From contig BQFW01000008.1 in NCBI GenBank assembly GCA_020891255.1, forward strand, positions 372,001 through 436,000: a stretch of DNA of 64,000 nucleotides, in the 5' to 3' direction. Each line of letters opens with the position of its first letter. Position 1 is the first letter of the stretch. The position numbers and the translations under genes are program-made. The notes under the pieces were generated by a model that had not been told where the DNA came from, made no database searches, and saw nothing but the letters and a program-made list of their open reading frames with translations. This DNA is from Entomortierella parvispora E1425 (lineage: Eukaryota > Fungi > Mortierellomycota). Shown here piece after piece: positions 25,599 through 36,900 of this stretch.

Positions 25599-27452
25599 TT
25601 AGTTGGCCAATTCGTTAGCAATCACTTCAATCACCAAGGCCTCCTCGGCTCTTGGGATCACGGTGACACGACGTTCGGCTGTCATCAGACCCTCAAACTC
25701 CTTGGGCAAAACTGTCTTGAAGAACTGTTCAAAGTTCACGCCCTCCTGATCCTTTAATGCCTTCTCTACTGCCTCTGAGAATTTTGCTGGATGTGCCGTT
25801 GACAAGGAAATGACAATGTTTTGAGAGTCAATCTTAGGCAACACCACGTTTGCTGCCGTGACACCAACAGCAGTGTGAGGATCCATGACATAGGAAGCTT
25901 GGGAAGCATCCTCTGGGTGGCAGTATGCACGAATGGTATCGCAAGTCTAAAGGACAATAAAAAAAGTAGACAATTAATATACAGACCATCTACCCACAAC
26001 GCTGACCTCAAATGATTATGATCTCGTCCTTCTTCCTTACCTCCTTGTCAGAAACATGGCCGGCATCAAAAACCTTCTTGGCCTCGGCCAACACCTTGGC
26101 ACCGGTATCGAAACGTCCAGTCTGCTTCAGATCCGTCATCCAGCCATTGACAATCTCACCCGCCTTGAGATCCTTTTGTGACTCTGGTACGCTTGCATCG
26201 ACAGCAGCATCCCTCGCCAAGTACCAGAGAAGACGCTCAAAGTTGGAACTGACAACAATGTCCATAGCAGGGCTCAGCGTCGCATGCACACCGCCATCCT
26301 CGCCAACACTCTTTTCACAGACACCAGAGCAGAAGAAGCGATAGAGGATATCGTTGGCGTTGGTGGCGACAAGAAGCTTGGAGGTGGGGAGACCCATCTG
26401 GGTGGCATAGTATCCAGCCAAGATGTCGCCAAAGTTGCCAGTGGGGACCGAGTAAGTGACATGGACATTCTTGGCCTCCTCTGAGCCGGGGGCGATGTTG
26501 AGAGAACGGAGCAAGTTGAAGTAAGAGTGGAAGTAGTAGACGGTCTGGGCCAGGATACGGGCCCAGTTGATGGAGTTGACAGCGCCGAGGTTGTATTTGC
26601 TCATGAAGTCCTTGTTGGCAAAGAGACCCTTGAGGATATCCTGGCAGTCGTCAAAGGTACCTCCGACCGAGATGTTGTGCACGTTTGCATCCAAGACGGT
26701 GGTCATCTGGGCCTCCTGAATGGGGCTGACACGGCCGGTGGGGAAGAGGATGAAGACCTCGAGGTCCTGTTTGTTGCGGAGACCGTAGATGGCAGCACTG
26801 CATGTTCGGTACAAAGTTATTTTTGGGTTAGTCACTGCTGTCAGTCATTATCAGCGTCCCCTGGGCTCGGAATATAAAATTTTCGTTTTCGTGACAGGTC
26901 AAAGAGTCATAACTCAGATCTGACTTTCTGATGATTTGTCGAAACACACTCCCCCCTCGCTGCTTCTCTAGAGAGACCACTTTACCTGCCAGTGTCGCCG
27001 CTGGTGGCACCGACAACCGTGATCTTGTGGCGGTCGGCCTTGTTTTCAATGCCGGCGTTCTTGCGCTGCAAGAAGTACTCGAACAAGTTGCCAACGAACT
27101 GGAGAGCAACGTCCTTGAAGGCAAACGTTGGTCCGTGGAAGAGCTCTAGAATATAAAGACCGTCCTTGACCTTGTGCAGTGGTGTAATATCCTTGTGGCG
27201 GAAAGTAGAGTAAGACTTGTTGATAAGCTTCTCAAGATCAGCCCTTGGGATCTCAGCGTCGTCGATATAGAGAGAAAGGACCTCAAGTGCGAGCTCCTGG
27301 AAGGAGAGGTTGGCCCATTTCGTCAAAAAGTCGCTGGGCAACTGAGGAATCGACTCTGGAATGAAGAGACCACCATCAGGGGAGAGACCGGCCAGGACAG
27401 CCTGCTCAAATGTATAGTTGGTGGCTTGACCGCGGGTGGATTTGTACTTCAT
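25599..27452 (-). CDS. THR4: Threonine synthase, spliced
   Basis: MKYKSTRG, GLSPDGGLFIP, ELFHGPTFAFKD (PLP Lys), GATSGDTG, NSINWARILAQ, VPTGNFGD, STAHPAKF. Confidence 0.97.
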
Positions 27453-27794
27453 TGCGAGAAGTAAATGTGTGTGTAGGTGAAGAGTGAAGAGAAGGTGGAA
27501 GCAGCAGAGCAAAAACGGTTGAAACTTCATGGAGATAAGACCTGCGTTGCACCCTTAACAACAATTACAAGTTGGTGGCGTTTGCCTGCTCGTCACTTCA
27601 CTATCTGTTTTCGCTGATCTACCTGTCCCTCTCACCCTCTGCCTTTAGATCGTTGAGGAACTCACTGGTATGGTTGTTTTCATTAGCCATTTATTTTTGT
27701 GATATATAGAAAGAGCCGCTGTCGACCTTTTCTGTCAGTTTTGGAAGAAAATTACTGTGAGGGTAAAGAGGAGGCGACTGGGGAGAGGAAATTA

Positions 27795-30700
27795 CTAGTA
27801 AGGTGGGATTGCCAACGACACACGCGATCCCGTCGTCGTGCCATTGCTGACTTGGATAGTGTTCAACAGATCTGCCAAGTCAGGTCGAGACTCGGCCAAG
27901 TTGGCTGTGCTCGAAAGACCCGACCCGTTAATACTGCTGTTCTGCTGCTTGCGAAGAGTTTGAGCATGGACGGACAGAGGGTAGAACCGTTGGGTGGAAC
28001 CATGGCGCGATTCGCTGCCGCCACTGGAACTGCCGCCATCACTGGTTGCGTCTGTGGCAAGATGGGCAGCAGCCAAAGCCGCCTTCAGGTTATCGACGCC
28101 AATCTTGCGAGCAGAGATCGATCCCTCCTTCAGGGAGAGAATATTGCCAGAGACACTGCCGTCGCGTGTCAGCGTGCTCTCGGTCGCATCCTCATTGACA
28201 GACACATCGCTTGATGATCCTGACGACTGAGGGATGATCTTGGGCAATGCCCAGTCCTCAAGATGGCGAGAGACACGGATACGGCTGTCCATGCTGCGCT
28301 CCACCTTATGTCCGAGACCACCAGGGATACCGCTCAATGTGTTGGTAGAGAGGAACAATCCACTGCCAAACTCGCGGTTGTTGTGAGCAGTCAACAGACT
28401 GGATTGGCTCTCGGGGTTGTAAACCAAACCGAAGCGGTCAGCCCCAGCACGGAATCGGTCAGATACTGTAGTCAAAAGGGTAACCAAGTGCTCACGCGCC
28501 AAAGGGTGGGTCAAAACAGGGCTGAGAGGTTGCAATGGAGCAGCCCAGGTCAGAGTCTCGGCCTGTGACAGAGACGACTCGATGGTTCCGTATTGAACGG
28601 GGATCCATTGAGCCTCGTTCTCTCGGGAAGTCTTGATGTTCTCCAAGTAATCCTGGGGTTCAGCCATACCGTAGGTGCCAACAGCCATTTGGAAGTAGGA
28701 GACGATGGATGCAGCGACAGCGCGCTTGCGTGTAACAGCATCCTGCTCAAGCTCGGAAGGCTCCTGCAAGCACCAATCCTGGAGCGAGAAAAGAACAGGG
28801 ACAACACGAATAAACTCATCATCCTGGAAGTGTGTGAACAAGGCCTTCAGAATGCCGTAAATTGCCACCAAGTCCTTGGGCGTCAACGTTGCACATGTGG
28901 CGTAGGCATGGATGGTTTGGTGAGCGGCAGCGCGGAAGTACAGATCGCTGGAAGTTGATGGAATGGGCGAGGTCATCGATGGCAAAGCAACATCGGCCTG
29001 CTGGGAGCCCTCTTCGGCCACCAAGAACGTAATCAACGACTGAGCAAAAGCGGTGCGGATCTCAACGTGGCTGTCAAGCAGCAATCCCAGGCAAGGTGTC
29101 AGCAGATCGGACGAAATTTCCGCGGCGTGGAAGCTGGCTTCCTGGCGTCCATTGTCTTTGCTGGTCTTGATGACAGCCTGAAGACACTTCAAAAGTGCCT
29201 GGCGATACTCCAAAGTGGGGACTCCTTCGATAGAGGAAGGCTGGGGGTTGACGCCGAGCTTGAATGAAAGCTTGCCGACGATATGAGAAATGATATGAGG
29301 AACTTGGTTTGAGTAGTAGATATGAGTCGCAAGGCCGCCTGGAAAAGGGAATAGCAAAGAATAATTGAAAATGAACGAGGTTAGACCTGTATATGAGCTG
29401 GTGGCAAAAAAACCTCGCGATTGTAAATGACATGTTCACTTGCCAACACTCTTGACCAACCCATCCTGGATCAACGATTCGAGAGACAGCAGACGATTGG
29501 ACTCGCCTTCCTTGCCCAAGGATGAAGATGCGGACATTGACTTTGTGAGGGTAACCAACAACGAGTGGAGAACCTCGAGAACGGGCATGCCGATCAAGGA
29601 CACTGAGGAGACCAAGATGGCTTCCAAGGCGGCGATCAAGGTGGCCTTCTTTTGGAGACGCAACGTGAGATCTGGAGTAGTGGTATCGACGCTGTCGATA
29701 CGAGAGATAATCTCATTCGCAACCATGTAGCGGAATTGAGGCAAGATCGAGTTAACAATCGCCTTGATGATGCTGACACCAAAGCTTGAGGGCCACCAGC
29801 GACTATTCGCATCCAAGTAAGAGAAGGTGGGTCCCAAAGCCTGCTTGACCAATCCTCCGTTGGGGTTCTTGAACAAAGCGCGCAAGCAGCGGACACCCTC
29901 AGCGGTAACATCCTCGTCAGTAACGACATTATCGGGGTGCACAGCAACGTGAACGGAGACTGATCGGCGGGGGGACAGGGTGCCATCGGGGGCACTGTCC
30001 AGAGGAACGTTGACACCGTTCTTGGAGTCGATCAGGCAGTCGAGAATGGCGGGTAGGACCAAGTTGAGTTGAGCCTTGTAGTCGCAAGCGTACAATGCGC
30101 TCGAGGATACAACAGCCTCCAATGCCCTCAGTCCGATGAGGCGGTAGCTAAAACAGTACAGTGGTCATGGTAAGTCAATTGTCATTACTGAATATGGGCA
30201 GCGAGTTCCCATCTATTCACTTTGCGTTACCGATTGCTGTTGTCTGCCTTAAGTGTGGCAATGCCCGCAAAGCGAGAAACGACTCGGTCGTAAAGAGTCC
30301 TGAACTCAACGTCGACTCCAAGGGTAGAGCCATCATGTGCAGCGCAGAAGCAGGTGAAGACGTTCTGGCAGTGGCGAACGATATCCAAGTCCGAGATATC
30401 AACTAACAAGGTATCCAGAATGCTGACAATGTTTTTGGAGAAAATGTTGAGGTGCGCCTTGCTAGAGAGCAAAAGGGTCTTGATGATCTCAAGCGAACAA
30501 TGGACATCACTGGAGGAGGGAAAAGAGAAAGATATTGGGTCAGTCAGTTCAGAACCAATTCAGTAGAAGAGCAATCGGTAATAATAAAGATATTTTTGAT
30601 GCCAAAGGCTTCGAATGGAGTTCGATGTACTTACGCGAGACGCTTCTTGCGGTAGTCGCGGGTAACTCGGCGCTCAATGAAGTTGCCGACCTTGGTCAAC

Positions 30701-30978
30701 TTTGCTGGCTTGGATGTAGCATAGAAGACCAGGTAGGAGAGTTCGCTGGGCTTGGGGCCCTTCTCCTCAGGACGAGAAGGGTAGCAGTTGTTGATGAGCG
30801 AGGCATGCTTGATGTACCTGGTGGGAATGAAGGACGAATGCGTTGCATTGGGCGAGGGCACAGGTGGGGCCAAAGCAGAGGCAGGGAGTCCGTTAGGACC
30901 AGGGTTGGAGACAGAACCAGCACGCGAACGGGAGCGAGCGCGAGTGGAAGGAGGGGTCGTAACAGAGGAGGAGGACAT
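27795..30978 (-). CDS. EFR3: Efr3 plasma-membrane PI4-kinase scaffold, spliced
   Basis: KHASLINNCYP...ELSYLVFYATSKPAKLTKVGNFI, R..GLRALEAVVSS, GGLATHIYYSNQ. Confidence 0.9.
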
Positions 30979-31223
30979 GGCGGAGGAATGGGAGGGAGGA
31001 AGATGGTTAATGACCAAGTCCTTTGTATCGAAGAGGAAGAGTGACGGCGAGGAAAGAGTGATGAAGAAAGAAAAAGAGGAAAGGAAAAAAGAGAAACAAA
31101 CAAAAGAGGGTCAAAGCAAAGAAGAAGAAGAGCGTCCAAGGAGAGAGGAGAGAGACAGATGCGGCGGATGGATGGATGGAAGGGGAGATGTGGAGAGGAC
31201 AACGACGACGAGCAGTGTGCCAA

Positions 31224-31294
31224 CAGACCAGACAGACAGGCAGGCAGGCAGGCAGACAGACAGACAGACACACACACACACAGAGAGAGAGAGA
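31224..31294. repeat. Compound microsatellite (GACA/GGCA/CA/GA) upstream of EFR3
   Basis: cagaccagacagacaggcaggcaggcaggcagacagacagacagacacacacacacacagagagagagagac seen directly. Confidence 0.9.
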
Positions 31295-33198
31295 CAACAC
31301 CCGAAGCGAGCAATTGAATTAACAGGCAAAAGCAGTGAGCACACACCTCTGTGCGCAAGTGAGTTTGGGGCGCCAGTCTGTCACACCCACGCACACGCAC
31401 CTCACTTCTCTGGGCGTGCAAACTCTGTGCAAAATGAACATGCCTCAACCCTCTCTTTGCCCTCCCGTTGACAAAGTACCTGCGATGAGCACATCCAACC
31501 TGGCAACATATGTCAACAGCACGAGAGAGGCTAGCAAGACTGATTGTCGCCCCCCAACCCTTTCCTACGGCTGCTCTAGATCTCATCATGGCAATTCACT
31601 CTTCCATTCAACCCAAACTTGCGCCAAAATACACGCACCTGTTTCTCGGGAACTGGGAAAGAACTGCTCCACGCCCATCTCCACTTCTCTGCATTACATC
31701 TCAATCTCCTAAAGCAAAACATGAACAACACTGTAGAAAACACGCGCCCTTCAACGTGAGCAATTCTGTTGACCCCCCTCGCCCCTCTTCTTACCTCTCT
31801 CTACCTTTCACCAATCTGACCCTTCTGGTTTCTATCGAGCCCAACATCCGTGTCTCAAGAGTCGCACTCAACCTCAGAACCTCGAGACAACAAAGCTCGA
31901 GGCAACTTTTGTTGCTTTGTCTCTTTTTGTTGTTGCTGTTGTTGTTGTTACTTTGGTTCGTGGAGCCACCTACTTGTTGCTAGCTCTCATTTCCCTCATT
32001 GGTTTGTCCTCCCATTGCGCCAGATTCATTGTTCACAGCCCTCGAATCTGATCCACACTGCCTTGCAGCTTGTTTGCTGCACCCCCACCCCCCACACAAA
32101 CAACAACAAAGACACTTGGGCGCCCTCTTAGAACTCGACACGCTCTCTTTCCAGCAATGGATGTTTCTCTGGCTCCATGTCACCCTGTCACATTACGCGA
32201 TTGTTCATGACAAAAGAACATTGAGTTGTAGTGGAAAACTGTTGGAACGTTATTTTCCGAAGAATTGTGCTGTGTTCGGGTTGTTTGGGTTGTGCGTTTG
32301 TTGCATCAGGATTCAGTTTCAATGAAATGAACTGCTCTCGCCGAAATCAACACCTTGGAATGTAAAATGGCTCGTCCCAGCCATTGTCCAATCTTTCTGT
32401 AGTCGGAGCATTCTGTTTCTCTCCCTCTCTCTTCTCTCTTTCCTTTTTGTTCTCCCCGAGTTCTTCCTCACCGCCACCGTGTCCCTTTCACTTCTCTCCT
32501 TTCTCACTCCTAGCAACCGCCCACGTTTAACAGACACGAGAAAGAAGGGAAAAAAAATGAACGGAGAAATGCCACTTGCAGAAGAAAAAAAGTAACCAAG
32601 GACCTCTCATGCTCTTGTTACTAAGAAAAGAAGTTGTACGAATGTTAAAGGATTTACCTGCAGCAGAGCATGTTGCCTGATTGTAGATGCGCTGCCTGAA
32701 AATAGATGTCGGGAGATCAGGGTCCTGGTAAGAGCCTGTTGCTGGAGCGGGAAATGCGATTGAAGAGAACTGGGAAAGTGAAAGGGGAGGTAAATGGTAA
32801 GGAAGGAATGGGGGGTATCGTCGTTGCTGAAGTTGGTCGAGGAAGCGTTTTAAAAATATCAGTGGCAGACCGGTCAGGGAGCATGTAAGTGTTGAGCGCC
32901 AACAAAAACGTAATGAGCCTTGGGAAGGGAGGGCTGCGTCAGGGAATGCGGTCTGTGACCCTCAGGCTGTTTCTTTTTGCCGAAACGGGATATTAATTGT
33001 ATCGTAACAGAGTGCGAGAACAGAGGAGAGGAGACGGGAGTAACTGTTGTTGCTTTTGCTGCGTTGTCGATGGGAGTGAAGGGTTGCTTTACAATCCAAA
33101 TGAATGAATCAAGGTCAGTGAATGAGAGGAGAAATGATTTGCCTCAGTGGAAAAGACGAAAAAAAAATTCGCCCGCGACGACGAAACCGGTTGGTCTC

Positions 33199-33606
33199 TG
33201 ATGTCTGACCGATCGGCATCCAGCGCCGTGGGGGGCTACTCGTCATCATCTCTGCTCGTATTCCTGATAATCCAATCCCCACGGCATCAGATTGTGGCTG
33301 TGCCGTCGGGTTGCTATGATGACCATATGGCAGGGGTGGGATTAGGGCGGCGCAATGCCTTGGGTAGCACAGCGCTCAGAAGACATCCAGGCACTATCTT
33401 GCGTCGTATGCCCATGCCGGCTCCCTGAAGCAAATCCCAGCTTGACCTGCATCAGACATCATTCTCATCTCCATTGTTATATCTCCTGTGCCTCCTGCGC
33501 TCTTTGATATCGCGCGCGCAGACTACTTCGGTGTTAAATTCCATTCTGACCGTTAGAGCGCAAATGTCCTTCGGGCAATAAATGACCTTCGATCACTCCA
33601 ACGGTC
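33199..33606. ncRNA. Candidate structured non-coding RNA or element of unknown class
   Basis: Nested complementary segments found by eye (see findings). No convincing ORF and no recognisable snRNA, SRP, RNase P or MRP signature. Confidence 0.3.
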
Positions 33607-33766
33607 GTAATAAGAATCCTCTCGGGCCTATAGAACAGCCATTGCACAAAGATATATGATTGACATTTTTTATACAATCATCTGTTGTTGGGGGTATTGA
33701 TCGCCCATTCTTCCTAAGATTCCTGGAGGTCTGTCTGTTCGTTTTCAAGTCTACATGAGGATATTC

Positions 33767-34503
33767 TTAGACCGTTCTCCTGTCAGTGATGACGCGAACA
33801 ATGCATCCTTGTCCAGCGACCTCGGTCAGCTATAATGTCATAACAAGAAAACGTTGAATTAACCGATCTCTCTTCCAAGGAACCTGGCATCTCCTTTTGC
33901 CACCAAATCGCATACCTTCTCGTGCCAAGCCAACAACACACCAGAGTTGTTTTGCTCGGGAGCAGCCATACCAGCATAGAGGTACTTCATAAGGACATCC
34001 TGCTCCTGAGGACCCAAAGTCTTGACCAGTTGAGGAACTTCAGCAACCTTGATCGAGTTCAGCACCTCCATCACAGTCTGGGTGTTGCGCGCCTATTTAA
34101 AAGATCGTGGTCAATTGTTAGTTGCCAGTAGGACAAAATAATCCACGCGGTATTACGATCATGTCTTCGTACCTTGGCAACGCCAAAGTTTCTGCCATAA
34201 GGGGGGTCCTGGAGAGATGTAGTAAGAGCTCCAGCAGCGTTACCGCTAAAACCATCAGCAAAAAAAAAAGTCAGAACGATAGTGGTGAGTAATGAGCATG
34301 CAGGTATAATGCACATTCTTTTGCCTTGAGTCCCTGCATCCAAATTACCGCTGGAGAAGAGAACGAACTTCCTGGGCGCGGTTGTTGACCTGACTCTCGA
34401 CCTCATGCTGGGGGCGGAGCTCGCCAATCTCCTGGAAGTCGAGTTCATCTTGTCCGAGAGCGTCCTCCTCAAGAGCGTCAATGTCGATTTTACGGAAAGA
34501 CAT
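33767..34503 (-). CDS. ARC15: Arp2/3 complex subunit 5 (p16-Arc), spliced
   Basis: MSFRKIDIDALEED, DPPYG, QDVLMKYLYAGM, GVLLAWHEK|LTEVAGQGCIVRVITDRRTV*. Confidence 0.95.
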
Positions 34504-34891
34504 GATTATATGTAATGTCTGTGGATGTGAGTGTTGTTGGGTAGTCCTGATGAGAAGAGTAGGAGGTCAGTATCCTGTCTGCTTGTCCGTGGTCGAGTGA
34601 TGGGAATGAAGAGAAGAAAAGGCTGAATGAGAAAGAGCGATGATGCACTGCTCTTTTTTCTACGCGCTCCCCCTGCGAAATGTCTTTGTGACGTATGGCG
34701 ACGAACCGCCATTTTCATTTTTTTTTATCCTTGCTTTTTTGGGCTGTTTTCTGGCGATGTTGGTTTATTGGTAGTAGGGTGTATTATAATATTATTAGGA
34801 ATAAGTAGAGAATGCGATGCTCAAGGCCTGATGTGCGTGAATGAAGGGTGTAGGAGAAGGAATCTATGCAAAAGAGAAAACAAGATGATAA

Positions 34892-36900
34892 CTATCGTCT
34901 CGTGTGGTATTGTTGTTGCTGGTGCTGCTGGAGCGCGTCCTCTCTCGACTTTGCCAGTGTCATGGGGATCTCATCCTCCTCCGTATCCTTCCAGTGCCGA
35001 GGGTTACCCTCGACAGTGTTCTGGGACTCGACATCCCAGTGTCTGTTCTTGGTCACCCTCATGTCCGCCATTTGCCCGACATCATAAAAATCAGACGTCT
35101 GGCCGCTGTAGCTTGGCCTTGTGGGACTGTATTGGACAGGGATGGTATCGGGCATCGCGGAAGGTGTCCGCATTGTCAAGGACCAGGGCTGCTGTTGCCT
35201 TGTTTGCTGGACAGGTGTGGCAGATCTCAAACCGTCGGCGTATGTGACAACCGAGTCGTCATGGTTTTGGTTATGGTAGGGCTGAGACTGTTGGCCACTG
35301 GTTTGGCCATTGCTTGTTTGCTTGGAGGCGCTGGCGCTGGTCTTTTCGGCGTGCTTCTTGAACACAGACCGCGTGTCCTCAACAATGAAGACGACCAGAG
35401 TAGCTTGGATCAGATTGACGAGCGAGTAAGTCAGGAACACTACACGTTCAAAAAATGAGGGGTGCGAGGTTAGATCATCCGTGCATGCCTCAATCATAAC
35501 ACAACAATTTCTGAGTTCTTACAATATCCAGTCAGGTAGACTGTGATCTGGCCAACAAGGATCTCAAACAGGATCACCAAGAAGGTAATGCCAGAGTTGA
35601 TCAAGGCCAAGCGACGCCATTGCAGGTCAGTCTCAGCACCATTGGAGCTTCGATGAAGAGCGATAACACGCTCCAGGAAGAAGTAGAGGATAACCAACTC
35701 GGTCGCAATCTTGATATACTGCATGATGGCCGAGAGGTTGTAGTCCATCGACGTGTCGCAGATGTACCCGGCCTCGTTGTCGGGGGCTGTAATCGTTGTT
35801 ACGAGCCAGAGGCAAAGACCGAGGCGGACGATCCATGTTGGTACGGTAAGATAAGTCAACATCTTTGGGTAACGAGTAAACGACCGGCATCGAATCAGCA
35901 TTGCGCACTCAGCTGAGATGGCAAAAAACTGGTAGATGACTCCACCAACTACGGCAACCCATCGGCATGGAATAGGAAAGCCCTTTGGCGGACGATTTTG
36001 AAAATAATAGAGAATCAGATATTAATACTATGGTCATCTGTCAAGTCCGAGCAAAGTTGTATACAAAAGGCCGGAAGGCGTCCTCCCTCGCTCTCTCTTC
36101 CTGGTCCAAAGAACGCCACCGTCCGATGTAAGCCGCAGACTCTGAATCACTGTCAGAGGTAAATGAGCCTCCCCCCGGAAGGAGCCCCCAATGAAGCAAA
36201 AAAAAAAATGGAGAATTGAAACACGGCAGACTAGAGATACATCAAGACGGTACCAAGGGGCAATCGACCCCAGCCCATCATTACACTTTAGTGAAGCCAA
36301 TTGAGGACCAGCTGTTGCCACGCTGTTGCCAGGGGCTCGTCCACGATGTCATCAGGGGCGTAGGGCTTAACGCGGTTTGGATGCTTAGGAAATCGAACCC
36401 ACTTTTTTTTTTCTGTCCGCCTTTGACCCACTACGATAACAAGGATATCGGATATGAAAGCCCATCAAATTTCGACCAGCGACAATTTGGATGGAGCAAC
36501 TGGCACCTGGAGGGTCGGAGCAAGAAAGTCGATGATGGTCAAAGAAGGACTTGTCGCACTCACCCTCCCTCAGCGTCTCTGAAAACAAATCATCATTCGA
36601 GATCTCTTGCGAGAACAAAAAAGGAATTGAAGAACAAATAGCCCACTCCCCCTCACCGCTGAATTCCTCCTGTGCATCACTTACCGAAGATAACATCATA
36701 GTCGTCAGGTTTCGCATAGTAACGAACATGAGTTGTAGCGACATGGCCACACTAAAGGGTTTTCTGTAAACGATAACCTTCTTGTCGACTGATCTGATGA
36801 ACAGCAACAGCAGCCAAGCGACGGACGCTGTCGTGACTACGACATTGATGAGGTACTGGTTGAACTCCTCAGCGTTGTCCACGCCAATTGTGAACGGCAT
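34892..36900 (-). CDS. Putative 7-TM, GPCR-like membrane protein, spliced
   Basis: Six hydrophobic helices read directly across the exons (e.g. YLINVVVTTASVAWLLLLF, LTVPTWIVRLGLCLWLV, FLTYSLVNLIQATLVVFIV). A seventh is assumed in an exon not fully resolved. Extracellular Cys and a polar C-tail. Confidence 0.6.

Noticed and set aside
30696-31589. Long ORFs (297 aa minus, 227 aa plus) upstream of and overlapping EFR3
   Set aside because: They are low-complexity translations of microsatellites and purine/pyrimidine tracts.
33290-33350. Telomerase RNA template (CCCTAATCCC or CCACAA on the minus strand) in the structured segment
   Set aside because: Neither gives a clean 1.5-repeat template for TTAGGG or TTGTGG, and the first lies in a predicted helix.
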